Notes: a model not told the origin generated them from the sequence alone. A DNA stretch of 64,000 nucleotides from Psilocybe cubensis (GCA_017499595.2 CM039002.1:3596001-3660000); one strand, 5' to 3'; counted from the stretch's first letter, positions 26,722 through 38,418 are shown. Numbers and translations are program-made.

Positions 26722-29700
26722 TCACCCCCTCTCTAAGGCACATTTTCCACAATGTGCACATGGATGGGTTAGTTTAGAGGGTTTAAGAAGAGGAGGAGGT
26801 TCAGTAAAGTTAATAATAGGAGTGAAAAAAAGTCTATCAAAGGTCACAGCAGAAATCCTTCTAGGTGCTGAAGGATGTTTGGCATGGAAGTCCTTGATAG
26901 CCTTAGAAGCATTTTTCAAATGCTCTGCAGGCTCCCAAGTGCATTCTTCATTAGGATAGTTCTTCCACTTGACCAAATATTGAAGTTTGTTTCTAAAAAG
27001 TCTGCTGTCCTTGATAAATTCAACTTCCCACTCAGGATTTTCTCCTTGAATGACAGGAGGTGGTCTAGAAGGAGGCTTTCTTCCTACAATATCTGGGTGA
27101 TAAGGTAGAAGTTTAACCACATTGAACACTGGATGGATTTTCATGGTAGATGGCAGCTTAAGCTCATAGGCATTAGGGCTAATAACTTTGGTAATTTTGT
27201 AAGGCCCATATCTTTTATCATCCAATTTCTTGGAGGGCCTATCAGTTTTGAGGTCCTTGCCATCCAACCATACCAAATCCCCAACTTTGTACTGAGTTGG
27301 AGTACCTCTGTGTCTATTATAGAATTTAGCCATATCATCAGCAGCTTTTCTAAGTGCAGACTCTGCTTCTTTCCTGGCTTCTTCCATATTTTTCACAAAG
27401 GTATCCACAGTGTCCATTTTACTATCTCTAAGGGGTTCAGTGCCCATTCTGGGATGTCTGCCATTATTGAGCATGAATGGTGTCTGCCTGGTTGAAGCCT
27501 GAACTCTATTGTTATAAGAGAATTCAGCTAGAGCTAACCATTCAACCCAATCATCTTGTCTATGGTTTATAAAGAGTCTAAGATACTGCTCAATTTCTTG
27601 GTTAACTCTTTCAGTCTGACCATCAGTTTGGGGATGGTAGGCTGTAGATGAGGCTGTCTGGATACCAAGTATTGAGTTGAGTTCTTTCATAAACCTTGAG
27701 ACAAACTGTGGACCTCTATCACACAGAATTTTAATGGGTAAGCCATGGTGTTTCCAGACATAATCTCTGTATAGTCTGGCTGTCCCTTCAGAAGTGACTT
27801 CATCTGTAGTAGGGATAATGTGGATCATTTTACTAAGTCTATCCACAACCACCATAATGGCATTATACCCTTGACATTCTGGTAACCCCATAATAAAGTC
27901 CATAGAGATGCATTGCCAGACATCAGAGGGAATCTCAGTAGGAATTAAAAGGCCAAGAGGTTTGGCTGGAAAGGTTTTGGTTCTGTTGCATCTATCACAA
28001 CCTCTGGTATAGGCTGCAATAAAATGTGACATTCCTGGCCACCAATAATTCCTAGAGACTAGCTCAATTGTCTTCCATTTCCCTGGATGTCCAGCAATGA
28101 AGGCATCATGGTGCAGTTCCACAATCTTTCTTCTAAGATCTTTGTCCTTGGGAACATACACCTTCCCCCTGTAGAGAATAAGGCCTTGTTCTTCTGACCA
28201 TTCCTGTCCTTCAATCTTCTTGGTAGAAGATTTCTTGAGCTCCTGAACTGCCTTGACCACCTTTTCATCCATCTCCTTAGCTTCTCTAATCTTCTTAAGA
28301 AGATCATTTTCTGCACCAGTAATGGTAGCATGACCCTGCTTGAGAGCCTGGATTTTAAAGTAGGAAGGTTTGAGGAGAACTACATTTTGGTTATCATTCT
28401 CTCCCTTTTTATGATCTGGTCTCCTAGACAAAGCATCTGGCTTAAGAGATCTTTTACCAGGCCTATGATGAAGAGTAAAATCAAATCTGGACAGGAAGAG
28501 TGACCATCTGGCTTGCCTTCTGCTGAGCTTTTGGGCAACCATAAAGTACTCTAAGTTTTTGTGGTCTGTCCAAATCTCAAAGGAATGTTGGGTTCCTTCA
28601 AGATAATGTCTCCATTCATCTAGTGCTCTGATAATAGCCAGCATCTCTTTGTCATGGATCTCATAATTCCTTTCTACTTCAGATAGACTCTTAGACATAA
28701 AGGCTACAGGATGCCATTTCCCATCTGATCCTTCCTGAGATAAAACAGCCCCAGTAGCATAATCTGAACTGTCTGCTTCAACTTTATATGGCTTGTTATC
28801 ATCAGGGAAAATCAAGACAGGTGAAGAAGTGACTTTCTTCTTTAACTGGTCAAAGGCTTCCTGCTGTCTAAGACTCCATCTCCAGACTGTTCCTTTCTTT
28901 GTCAATTCATGAAGGGGCTTAGCAATGTCTGCAAAATCCTCTATGAACCTTCTATAAAAATTAACAAATCCCAAGAATGATTGGACATCCTTGACATTTT
29001 CAGGTTCAGGCCATTTAGAAACTCCCTCTACCTTGACAGGATCCATCTCAATCCTGCCTTGTGAAATGATTAGTCCAAGATATTCAATCTTTTTCTTTTC
29101 AAATTCACATTTCTCTGCTTTAAGGTAGAGTTTGTTCTGTTCTAGGATTTGCAGAACTTGCTTGACTACCTCTCTATGATGATCAAGAGTCTCAGTGAAA
29201 ATTAAAATGTCATCCATGTAGACAATGACAACATTTCCATCAATGAGCTCAATAAAGATATCATTCATCATAGTTTGGAAGGTAGCAGGACTATTGGTTA
29301 AACCAAAGAACATGACCAATGGTTCAAACAGCCCTCTATTGGTTCTAAAGGCTGCTTTCCATTCATCTCCCTTTTTGATTCTGACATTGTTAAATCCCCA
29401 CCTAACATCAAGTTTGGTGAAGTATTTGGCCTTGCTGAGTTTGGTGATAATGTCAGAAATCAATGGAAGGGGGTAGGAGTTCTTGATAGTCATTTCATTC
29501 AGTTTCCTATAGTCCTGGACAAGCCTAAGAGATCCATCCTTCTTCTTGACAAAGAATACAGGGGAGGCCATAGGTGACTTGGAGGGTCTAATCCTGCCAG
29601 ACTTCAGATTTTCCTCTAAAAAGGCATCAAGTTCCTTTTGTTCATTGGGAGAGAGAGGATAAATCTTGGATCTATAAGGTTCAGAACCAGGTTTCAGCTC

Positions 29701-30591
29701 AATAGCATGATCCCAAGGCTTCCTGTCTGGTAGCCTATCAAAAGATTCCTTTGAAAAAACACCTTTAAACTGGTGATAGTGCTTAGGGACAGTTTCTTCA
29801 AAGGTTTTCTTAGGAGAATCAGCTTGCTGATGAGACTCTTCTGCTAATCTTTGAGACATAGTAGAAGTAGCATTAATAGACTGCTTCTGAGGATGAAGGT
29901 ATGAGATGAAAATTCTGTCCTCAGGCTCAATCTCAGAATCAGAAGAATCTTCAATAGAATCATCTTCTTCTTCATCAAATTGAGGGAGTTTCCTCCTTTT
30001 GACTGCAGCTATTCTCTGCCTCTTTCTTCTGGCTCTTTTGGCTTCCATTTGGCAGTCAGAGGGACATCTAATAAACTGGACATCCCCTGTCTTCCAATCA
30101 ACATCTGGATTATGGTGCCAAAGCCAAGTATGTCCAATGATAGCAGATTTGTCTCCCAAGTCACAAACAGCAAAGGTGGCCCTTTCTGTATGGTTTTTGT
30201 GTACCATAATTAAGTCTACTTCCTCATGGATAGAGCCACTCTTGTTGAGAGTACCATCAACATTATAGACTGGAATGGCTCTAGGAAGTTTTCTTGTGTT
30301 GAGATTATAATACTTCACAAAACCAGAATGCAGAAAGAGGCCAGTAGCTCCAGAATCAAGCAAAGCATCAACAGATAACCTTTTCTCTGTGTCCATTGTC
30401 TTTAAGATGACAGACAAATGGGTAGAGGTTTTAGGATTATGGTTGAGGATGTAGATTTTTTCAGGGAAGGTAGAAAGAGAGGAAGAAGAAGACATGATTT
30501 CTGCACCAGAATCTGAAGACTGAGGATCAAGTCTGTCAATTTCATTTTCTAGTACATTAAATCTATTCCATTGGGACATGTCTTTCACCAA
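26722..30591 (-). CDS. pol: Pol polyprotein (protease-RT-RNase H-integrase-chromodomain), probably reached by -1 frameshift from gag
   Basis: LLDSGAT (PR), YMDDIL (RT), EADSSDYATG/TDHKNL (RNase H), HH..H/CDRC plus DDE and GPY (IN), WEVEFI...YLVKWKNY...TWEP (chromodomain). Confidence 0.97.
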   Translation of the reverse strand: MVKDMSQWNRFNVLENEIDRLDPQSSDSGAEIMSSSSSLSTFPEKIYILNHNPKTSTHLSVILKTMDTEKRLSVDALLDSGATGLFLHSGFVKYYNLNTRKLPRAIPVYNVDGTLNKSGSIHEEVDLIMVHKNHTERATFAVCDLGDKSAIIGHTWLWHHNPDVDWKTGDVQFIRCPSDCQMEAKRARRKRQRIAAVKRRKLPQFDEEEDDSIEDSSDSEIEPEDRIFISYLHPQKQSINATSTMSQRLAEESHQQADSPKKTFEETVPKHYHQFKGVFSKESFDRLPDRKPWDHAIELKPGSEPYRSKIYPLSPNEQKELDAFLEENLKSGRIRPSKSPMASPVFFVKKKDGSLRLVQDYRKLNEMTIKNSYPLPLISDIITKLSKAKYFTKLDVRWGFNNVRIKKGDEWKAAFRTNRGLFEPLVMFFGLTNSPATFQTMMNDIFIELIDGNVVIVYMDDILIFTETLDHHREVVKQVLQILEQNKLYLKAEKCEFEKKKIEYLGLIISQGRIEMDPVKVEGVSKWPEPENVKDVQSFLGFVNFYRRFIEDFADIAKPLHELTKKGTVWRWSLRQQEAFDQLKKKVTSSPVLIFPDDNKPYKVEADSSDYATGAVLSQEGSDGKWHPVAFMSKSLSEVERNYEIHDKEMLAIIRALDEWRHYLEGTQHSFEIWTDHKNLEYFMVAQKLSRRQARWSLFLSRFDFTLHHRPGKRSLKPDALSRRPDHKKGENDNQNVVLLKPSYFKIQALKQGHATITGAENDLLKKIREAKEMDEKVVKAVQELKKSSTKKIEGQEWSEEQGLILYRGKVYVPKDKDLRRKIVELHHDAFIAGHPGKWKTIELVSRNYWWPGMSHFIAAYTRGCDRCNRTKTFPAKPLGLLIPTEIPSDVWQCISMDFIMGLPECQGYNAIMVVVDRLSKMIHIIPTTDEVTSEGTARLYRDYVWKHHGLPIKILCDRGPQFVSRFMKELNSILGIQTASSTAYHPQTDGQTERVNQEIEQYLRLFINHRQDDWVEWLALAEFSYNNRVQASTRQTPFMLNNGRHPRMGTEPLRDSKMDTVDTFVKNMEEARKEAESALRKAADDMAKFYNRHRGTPTQYKVGDLVWLDGKDLKTDRPSKKLDDKRYGPYKITKVISPNAYELKLPSTMKIHPVFNVVKLLPYHPDIVGRKPPSRPPPVIQGENPEWEVEFIKDSRLFRNKLQYLVKWKNYPNEECTWEPAEHLKNASKAIKDFHAKHPSAPRRISAVTFDRLFFTPIINFTEPPPLLKPSKLTHPCAHCGKCALERG

Positions 30592-30599
30592 TGGTGCTT

Positions 30600-31712
30600 C
30601 TAAAAATTTTTCTTTTCCTCATCTTTCTGCTCCTTGCCTTCCAAGATTAATTTCCCAAAGTAGTCAGCCAGTTCTTCATGGGTCATAGCATTGATGTTAA
30701 CTGATGACCTGCAGTTTACAGCCTTATGACCAGGCTTTCTGCACTTGAAGCAAACAATTGGCCTAACTGACTTCCATCCAGAGTCAACCTCCATGGGAAC
30801 TACATCTGGTTGCTTTGCCTGAGCACCAAAGGTCCTTGAGCTGCTATTGGAAAAGACTGGAGGATTTGGAGTAGGCTTAGGAACAGCCTTGGGAGTTGGG
30901 GCTTTAAGGAAGGGAGAAGAAGAGGAGGAGGAAAGAGACTTGGTAAAGGCCTCACTCTGTCTCCACTGCCTATCTAGCCTAGTACTCCATTTAATCCATC
31001 CATCCAAGGTTTTGGGCATGTCAGGAACATAGTAGACTGCATTCCTGAGATTTTCATTAAGCCCAGCCTTGAATTGGTCTACCAAAGCAGCATCATTATA
31101 CCCAGTATCTGAGATCAGAGCCCTGAAGCTAGCAACATACTCATCAGCAGTCTGTCTGCCTTGCTTGAGCATGTGCATTTTATGCTTAGCTGTGTTGGAG
31201 GGGTCTGGATCTGCAAACACTTCCCTAAATTCATAAACAAAGTCAGCCCAAAGACCTTCTTGGGACTGAGCATTGTCTATTACTTTAGTCTTCTCATATG
31301 CCCACTTCCCAGCAGTACCTCCTTTCATATGAGATAGAGCACAAATAACTTTCTGAAAGTCATCTGTGATCCCTTTCCCATAGAAATATAATTTAAGCTG
31401 ACTGAGGAAGTTTTCTGCCTTCTCCATAGAACCATCAAATGGATCTGGAGGTGAGACTTTAATGGCAGAGTGTGAACAGGAAGGGGCAACATGAGGAGTA
31501 GGGAAAGAGTGAATATCTAGAGCAGCAGGTGGTGGTGGTGGTGGTGGTAGTGATGGTGACTGACTGACTGGTTGCTGAGGGTGTGGTGGAGTGGATAATG
31601 ACTGCTGCTGCTGTCTAAGAAAATTCAACTCTTGGGTAAGGAGCTGGACCTGATGCATGAGCTCTTCCACAGAAGGAGTGGTGGGAGGCAATTGGGAGGG
31701 GTCCATGTCCAT
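30600..31712 (-). CDS. gag: Gag with CCHC zinc knuckle
   Basis: PDPFDG, MLKQG...EYVASF...FKAGL, CFKCRKPGHKAVNC. Confidence 0.95.
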   Translation of the reverse strand: MDMDPSQLPPTTPSVEELMHQVQLLTQELNFLRQQQQSLSTPPHPQQPVSQSPSLPPPPPPPAALDIHSFPTPHVAPSCSHSAIKVSPPDPFDGSMEKAENFLSQLKLYFYGKGITDDFQKVICALSHMKGGTAGKWAYEKTKVIDNAQSQEGLWADFVYEFREVFADPDPSNTAKHKMHMLKQGRQTADEYVASFRALISDTGYNDAALVDQFKAGLNENLRNAVYYVPDMPKTLDGWIKWSTRLDRQWRQSEAFTKSLSSSSSSPFLKAPTPKAVPKPTPNPPVFSNSSSRTFGAQAKQPDVVPMEVDSGWKSVRPIVCFKCRKPGHKAVNCRSSVNINAMTHEELADYFGKLILEGKEQKDEEKKNF

Positions 31713-32203
31713 GGGTAGGGGTAGGTAGGCTCTCTGATGTGTGTGTGGGAGAAGCTATCTACTGAAAGTGCCCTTGAAACTATACTAAGTATTCTAAAAA
31801 AATATCTATCTACTGGATACCCAGTTGTCACACCACTCAGGGCTCTAAACCTAGGATCACAGGGTTACTGGATATTTCCTAGACCACCAAAAACAGAACA
31901 CTAGTAGGACTGTGTCTGCCCCAACAGTTGGTATCCCTATCTACTAAGTTCACACACAGCACACAACAGAGAGTAGGAAAGATGATGAGCCAAAGGTCTT
32001 GAGGAAAGGTCTTGAGGAAAGGTTTTGAGGAGGATATTGAAGATTGGTGGAGATGTAGAGATTGGTAAGAAGATTGGTGAAGAGGTTGATGAAGAGGTTG
32101 GTGGGTTGGAAGTGGAGGAAGAAGGTTGAGGTAATGGTGTTGAAGAGGTTGAAGAGGTGAAGAGTTTGGTGTTGAAAGAGAGATGGTGGAGTTGTCTTGA
32201 GAG

Positions 32204-32214
32204 AGCTTCAATCT
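32204..32214 (-). promoter_or_regulatory. Self-priming primer-binding site
   Basis: AGATTGAAGCT lies 2 nt after the 5' LTR and is complementary to AGCTTCAATCT (32391-32381), which is 34 nt downstream of TATAAATA (32425-32418). There is no TGG tRNA-type PBS. Confidence 0.8.
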
Positions 32215-32216
32215 TC

Positions 32217-32666
32217 TGTCAGGGCAACACTATAATCAGTGTGACAAGGCCACCAACAAAGATTAAGCAAGAGAGAGAGAGAGAGAGCAGAGGGAGAGTA
32301 AGAGAGCAAAGAGAGAATAAGAGAGTGAGAGAGATTCAATGGTTCTAAGAGATCACACCAATGATAGTGGATATCCTAAGAGATTGAAGCTGAAGCTACA
32401 GCTACCTACAAGTCCAGTATTTATACTCTACAGCTATTCTAGAATATTCCCTACATTACATCATAAAGGAAGGTTAAAGAATAAAAGTGACATCATATAG
32501 AAAAAGGATGAGTAAGACTAGGAATCATATAGAATTTACTAGAAAGAAGTGGAGCAAGAAGGCTGTGATGAAAGAAATAAACTATCTAATCAGATAATTG
32601 ATAAGATAATGAAAGGATAAGATAATTCTGTGAAGATAAAGAGGGGAAACTGGAGAAACCCTGACA
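32217..32666 (-). repeat. 5' LTR
   Basis: 450 bp; contains the minus-strand TATA box. Confidence 0.97.
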
Positions 32667-33917
32667 AGAACGTAATCATCGAGCATGCTCGTTAATTCAG
32701 CAATGGTTTTGGTAGCCTCGATGTTATTCTGTGAACTGAATGTAAGCAAATATATAATATCAGACTTGCGGAATACTGTACTCACAGACTCAAGCATCCT
32801 TTTTTGGGCCTTTAATCGAGAAAGCTGCTAATAATGCATTCTATCAATAAATCAGGACTTGTGTAGATTGAAAAATCACGCTAACCTGACTATAAAGCCT
32901 CTGTTGGTTTTGTGCATTCTTAATCTTTGCACTGAGTTCTCGATTTTTTCCGATGAGGTGCTCATTTCCCTATTTGATGTGTACCATCTTAACAGAAGGA
33001 TCATTTGGAACAGTCAATAATACCTCAGTAAGTTTGAGAATATCGTTTCCTCTTTGAAATATCGATTCGGTTAGGCTAGAAATGCAGATAAGATTTAAAA
33101 GAAATAAATTTGCAGCAACTTATGATCAAACCTTTGAGTGCCCAGTTCTGCTTCTCGGTATAACCCGCTACGTGACTTTTGGAGGGAATGAGTGTTCCGA
33201 CCCACTGGGCCTAAGGTATGGTCGATCACTTACAACATCAACCCTTTGGGTCTCTACCTGCATCGATAATATGTGGTTAGAGGTATTGAACAGCTAGCTA
33301 TATATAGGTGCATACCTCCGACTCCCTTTTTAAAGACTGTCTACGTGCTTTATACTCGATGTATTTCCGTTCAATTTCTAGAAAATGAGCAGACATGGTG
33401 CAAAAATGAGTCGGGCGTGTTGAATGTTGACTAGGACTGCTAACCTCCTTATATGAAGTGGTTCCAAGCAAGATGGACAAGTATAATGTACTGTCTGTTA
33501 CTGGCACGGTCATTCATTACCCTAAAGCGGTTGCTTTCCGCCAATTCAAGTCATATGTTGACTTGCGAATTCCATATATGAACTGTTTTCAAGACAGACA
33601 AGTACTTGTTCTATTACGAACTGTCCGTTACTGGTACGGTCATTCATTTTCCCTAATGTGGTATCTTTCGCGCCAAATCAAGTCGTTTTGTTCACTCCCT
33701 AACAATCGGCTTCAAATTGCCAAGAGAAACTGTTCCTTGTTTTTTTTTTTTTGGTAATGTCATCCAAAACACCAGCTCACGAAGAATACCTATGGTGCAT
33801 TTGTAATTATAATGAAGTTCCTTAGAAGGTTTAAATGTTTGTGCACTGAAACAAACCCATATAAATGAACACATTGCTTTGAATTTAAACACTCTTTCCA
33901 ATCGTCCCAAAGTAAAC

Positions 33918-34953
33918 ATGAATTCTAACAACTACGTCCAACCTCATCTTCCACTCATTAATGCACGCATATATTTCGAAGTCCCCTCTCCTGTAATTCT
34001 GGCAAGGACCGCGTTCTACCCTCGTCGGCCAAGCGATAGCCCTTCCGAAGAATCGTCGCTGCCGCCTTCTCGTGATTGTTCAGAGACTCCAGGAGAAGGC
34101 GACGAGCCCCAATCTCTGGCAGGTGTAAAACGTTGCATCCCAAGCGATGCTGCCATTGTGGAGTCGCAAGTAATCTCCCGAGATCAGTCCGTGGAGTCGA
34201 ACGTTCCGTCTATGAATCTGAGGAGTCAGGCAATGGCAGAACGCAGCATTTCTTCCAGGGATGTTTCCGTAGATTCGAGCTGTGCATCCGAAGAGGGAGA
34301 CACAAGCGTTGCATTTGAGGATCAATCGCCCACAGTTTCTCGTGCACCGTCCGCAGTTCCCATTTCCAGTTCACGTTCATCAGAACGTTTGATGAGGCGT
34401 CGTCAGCTGAAAAATCAAACACCTCCCTTTCAGGCACTCTCCCCTGAGGTAATTCCGAAACCTGCCGGGGAACCCAGTCGGCGGACAAATGGATATCCAT
34501 TGAATAAGACCCTGGCAAAATGCGGCTGGTCACATAGCGACATATTAGCTTTCCGAGTACGTTATATGGTTTATGAACGATATTTTAATTCACCATATGA
34601 GACAATGTGTAGGAACAAGTCAAGGTGGTGACCAAGGCTACTATCGATGTCAATAAGAACTACAAAAGTCAGGATAAAGACGAGTTGAAGAAAATATGCG
34701 AGGAGGTATGCATAGTCTCAATATTGACGAAGTGTGCGGAACTGAAGTCCAGACATAGATCATGGCTGATGGTCGATGGCCTTCTCTTCAAAATTTCCAG
34801 GATTGTTGGCCAGTTCACAGTGCTATCAAGGCGGTTATTAAATATTATTGTTCTGTATCTCGTCAGGACCAAAATCAAGCCAAGGCAACTAAGTCGGACG
34901 CAAAGCGCATCCTGGAAGCAGCACTGGAGAACCTCGAGAAGGATGATAAATGA
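33918..34953 (+). CDS. Uncharacterised protein: S/P-rich linker plus conserved-looking C-terminal domain (3 exons)
   Basis: Long ORF plus spliced exons: IPKPAGEP..GYPLNKTL..GW...|...WPSLQNFQDCWPVHSAIKAVIKY. Confidence 0.65.
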
Positions 34954-35150
34954 TAGCAATTGTCATTGCAACCTTGTGTATATTGAATGCAGCGTAGTCC
35001 CTAATTCCGTTTCGTACGCAACGACGAGCGCAACTTGAGGAAATAAAGGTCATGACCAAGCATTATAATCTGTAGTGTACGAGTCCTGAGAACTGTAAAA
35101 AATCGGTACAGGCGCTTGAGATCTTGGAACAGGAAAAAGAGTGTCGGGTC

Positions 35151-35260
35151 GGGCTTGTGTGCCGATTTAGCCCTTGGCGACCGAGTCGATTTCAGAGTAT
35201 TCCGAAAATGATTGGGGCGACCCAGTTATAACACATGCACGCTGAATTTTGCACCTTTCT
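35151..35260 (+). repeat. Dispersed hairpin repeat, copy 2 (diverged)
   Basis: GGGCTTGTGTGCCGATTTAGCCCTTGGCGACCGAGTCGATTTCAGAGTATTCCGAAAATGATTGGGGCGACCCAGTTATAAC. Confidence 0.8.
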
Positions 35261-37508
35261 TCTTCTTCCGTGTTTCATCACAGGTGGAACGCAGGTACTT
35301 CTCTGCGAACTGGAGACTCGAATATAACGATATCAAATCCCGATTATTTCCAACATACATCGCGCCCACCTCAGACAATATAACAGGCAGGACAGTAAGC
35401 AGTCGTGTATTTTCATTTATAATTACATGGACGATGCACATTGCAGATAAGATGTTTATACTATATATTGGTGTCGACTTGTAATACATGCGACTTTAAC
35501 AGCATTCTTCTGAGATTATTAAGACGCTGGGTAAAGTGAGCACTAACTTCCTCGCGATAATCTTCGTACATGGTGTTGGAAGAGGTAAAGATGTCTGTGA
35601 AACGATCCGCGAGCAGACAGTTATACTCGCATGATATATTGTCCCAGAATGGCCTCAAGGGGTCGATCGAGATATTGTCCGCGTTCCTTGCCAAAGACTC
35701 GCTTTCTTCTTTGGTAACAAAATGCGCATGCTCTCTAACGGCCTCCGTGATGTCTTCATCCCGTAAAATTCCGAGTAGTTTTTGTTGAAACTCTCGTACA
35801 TCGCGCTGTGAAGGCATGTGAATGACTATATTGAAATCACTGCTGACAATTTTACTCACTACCATTCTCGCTCGATCAACATATCGGGTAGTCGACGACC
35901 GTCGTCGAGATGTTGAAGACCCTTGAACTATGTGCTGTACGTGGTTTGTGATATTAGATTGTACCATGTGCAGCCCTTCAAGTATTGCCTTTCGTATATC
36001 CTCGCTTGTCATCATCCCATGCTTAGGTGTAACCGCAGCAGAATTACCATACTGTGGTCACATTGGTCGGCGAATCCAGAACAAAAACGTAATATGACTT
36101 ACTGCTCTTTCAACAGCTGGCAAAGAGAAACGAGGTTGAGGTCGAGGTGAATCCAAGTCAAACGTTGAGATTCGCGGCTACAAATGTAAAAATCAGGCTT
36201 ATCAATAATTTCAAGTCTTGGGAAAAGACGCACCCGAATCCCGATTAAATTGGGCTATTGAAAGGTAACACATTTAAACACTTGAATAACGATGGGTGTG
36301 GTCACGTACTGAAGCTGTTTGACCACGCATGGATATCGGTTTAGTACCTTCTTTCTGCTTGCCTTTGTAACCACTGTCGAGAATCATGTTTGTTCTCTTC
36401 AGCTCCTCTTTTAGCGCCTGAAATTACATTTATAACACATCTCTGAATATGTATGAAGGTAGAAAACTTACTTCAACCATTCTTTCCTCCTGTATGGAGT
36501 CCTCTCTCGCCTGGTTGACGGCTTCTTTTAAGATATCACACCTGCCTTGTGATCTCTGAAGTTCATTAGTAGCTTCAACCTGGAACAGCGTGTGAGCACA
36601 ATGAAGTAATTCTAATAAACAACCTCACAAGTTTGCGCTCTAGTGACTCAATCTTTGCTTCATTGTCTCTGATTATATCTTGTAATTTCTCTACCTCGAC
36701 ACGTTGCGCCTGTGATCGCGATGCCATTTCGGATGAGTGGTCGAGAAGAACTTGAACCGAAGCTCGTAACGCATCTGACAGCTCTTGCCGCGCTTGTTGG
36801 AGATCCGTGGCCATGGCGTCAAGGCGCCCCTCATAATATGCCTTCAAGGAGTTCAAATCGAAAGAGGAATCTTGGCTTCCAATGTCATTCTGAATTATTC
36901 AGTAAGTAGTAAACAGTACGAAGATAACCCCACGCGATGGGTACGTACTCGTAGTGTGCTTTTATTGAGACCATCCTTTTCTGTGTCGTCTCCGTGATTC
37001 TGACGCTCCTCCAACCTCAGCAACAGACGGTCTCTTTCCTGGGTGAGCTTGATTATCTGAATTTCTGAGTTAATATGTTTGCTTTGGTAATGAGATTGAA
37101 AGCGTTCACTTTCTCTTCGTACGATGCAGGGACGCTGATTCTACATTTACTTCGCTCGTGATACGCCTGCCAACTGGATTAATGGATCTCATAGTTGTAA
37201 AGACACTAGACGTTTAACGCACACTATCGCTGTCGTAGACACCTACTGCATCGGAGCAGTTGATTTCCTGTTCTCTGGATCGTTTGGAACTTGTCGTCTG
37301 TTAATTAATGTGCGTTGGTGTGAGCTAGTCTTAGTAAGAGTGTATCCATGGTGCCCACCGAAAATAATGTTAACGGAGAGCTTCCGTTAGATTTCATGCC
37401 CCGGGCCTACTGGTGTTGAGTGTGTATACCATGGAAATTACAAGGGGAGCAGACGCACCGAATTCTCAGGAGGGGAAGGTGGATATACAAAGTCTTCGTA
37501 GATGACAT
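35226..37508 (-). CDS. Multi-exon coiled-coil protein with a C-terminal helical domain; ends uncertain
   Basis: Many short GT-AG exons; heptad-like ORF 36575-36856; globular-looking ORF 35461-36015 (PLRPFWD...LADRFTDIF...HFTQRL). Confidence 0.55.
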
Positions 37509-38303
37509 CGGTGTACCCAACGATACAAGGTACCTCAACGTTTGAGGAAGCAGAACCTCTTGAAATGGGCAAAGTATTGTCGGGCATGTGTGTCGAGAGT
37601 ACCAATAATTCCTGGCAAAAATTTTGAAGGAGACATGGTATATGGATGTTCGCCGGAAAGTCAAATCGCTAGTTTTGGGCAGTGTTGTTTTTAGCACAAA
37701 GATATTCTGATCCCCTTTTTGCATTGTTATTCGGTTTCCATTTCTGGGAGACCACGAAGCGATATCAGTGCTACGGGTAAGGCGCCTTGGTCTATGTACG
37801 CATTGGATGACGAACGGGACAATTTTTTGATGATAATAAAAGGGACGTGCCTGGGGCTGAGTCGATCAATTTTGTCTGTCGGTTGTAAAAGGTTAGCTCC
37901 TTTTGTCAAGTCCTGCAGTCCCTTGTAATTAAAACCTCCTGTAGTTTGTGAAAAGATCATGCATTGCCTGATGTGATTTCGCGTGTGTGAATGAAATATA
38001 CATATGGATAAACTGAGCCAGCTCTTCACTGGCTAAATACGTAATACAATACGTCCTGAAGGGCAGTCAAGGTAGAACTCCAAGCCAAAAGCGAGCGAAT
38101 TTGTCTTCTTGCGCTCTGATTGTCTGAAAGGGCGACTTTATGAAGCCTTGATGCTTTTGTATTGAGTCTGCGTCGAAATTTCAGCATGTTCCGAAATTAT
38201 CACGCCTCATTCTGGTTTGTTGCCATGCAAGATGTCATGGCACGCTTTCGTAGCTTGTCCAATTCCTTCACCAGTATTGCCGACTCGTATTGTGCTTGAT
38301 GAG

Positions 38304-38418
38304 TCGTGCCTTTGTGTTGATTTAGGTATATCGCTAACGACTCAATTTCGGAACACTCCAAAAATGTTTGGCGTGACTCGGTTATAACGTTCGCAAAGTC
38401 GATGTCACTCGCTTTCTC
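38304..38418 (+). repeat. Dispersed hairpin repeat, copy 3
   Basis: TCGTGCCTTTGTGTTGATTTAGG...AACGACTCAATTTCGGAACACTCCAAAAATGTTTGGCGTGACTCGGTTATAACG. Confidence 0.9.

Larger units (their letters stand above)
26272..32666 (-). mobile_element. Full-length Ty3/gypsy chromovirus LTR retrotransposon (Tf1/sushi-like)
   Basis: Two 450-bp LTRs (TGTCAGGG...CCCTGACA); TSD AGAAC at 26267-26271 and 32667-32671; intact gag and pol; PPT AGAGAGGGGGTGA next to the 3' LTR. Confidence 0.98.
25762..33396 (-). pseudogene. Coiled-coil plus C3HC4 RING-finger protein gene, interrupted by the gypsy element
   Basis: Starts MSAHFLEIERKYIEYKARR. Removing the element and one TSD restores MLDDYV-LKAQSY in frame. RING domain: CVICLSYMKDPAM|LACGHLFCSTC...CSIC. 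Confidence 0.8.
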
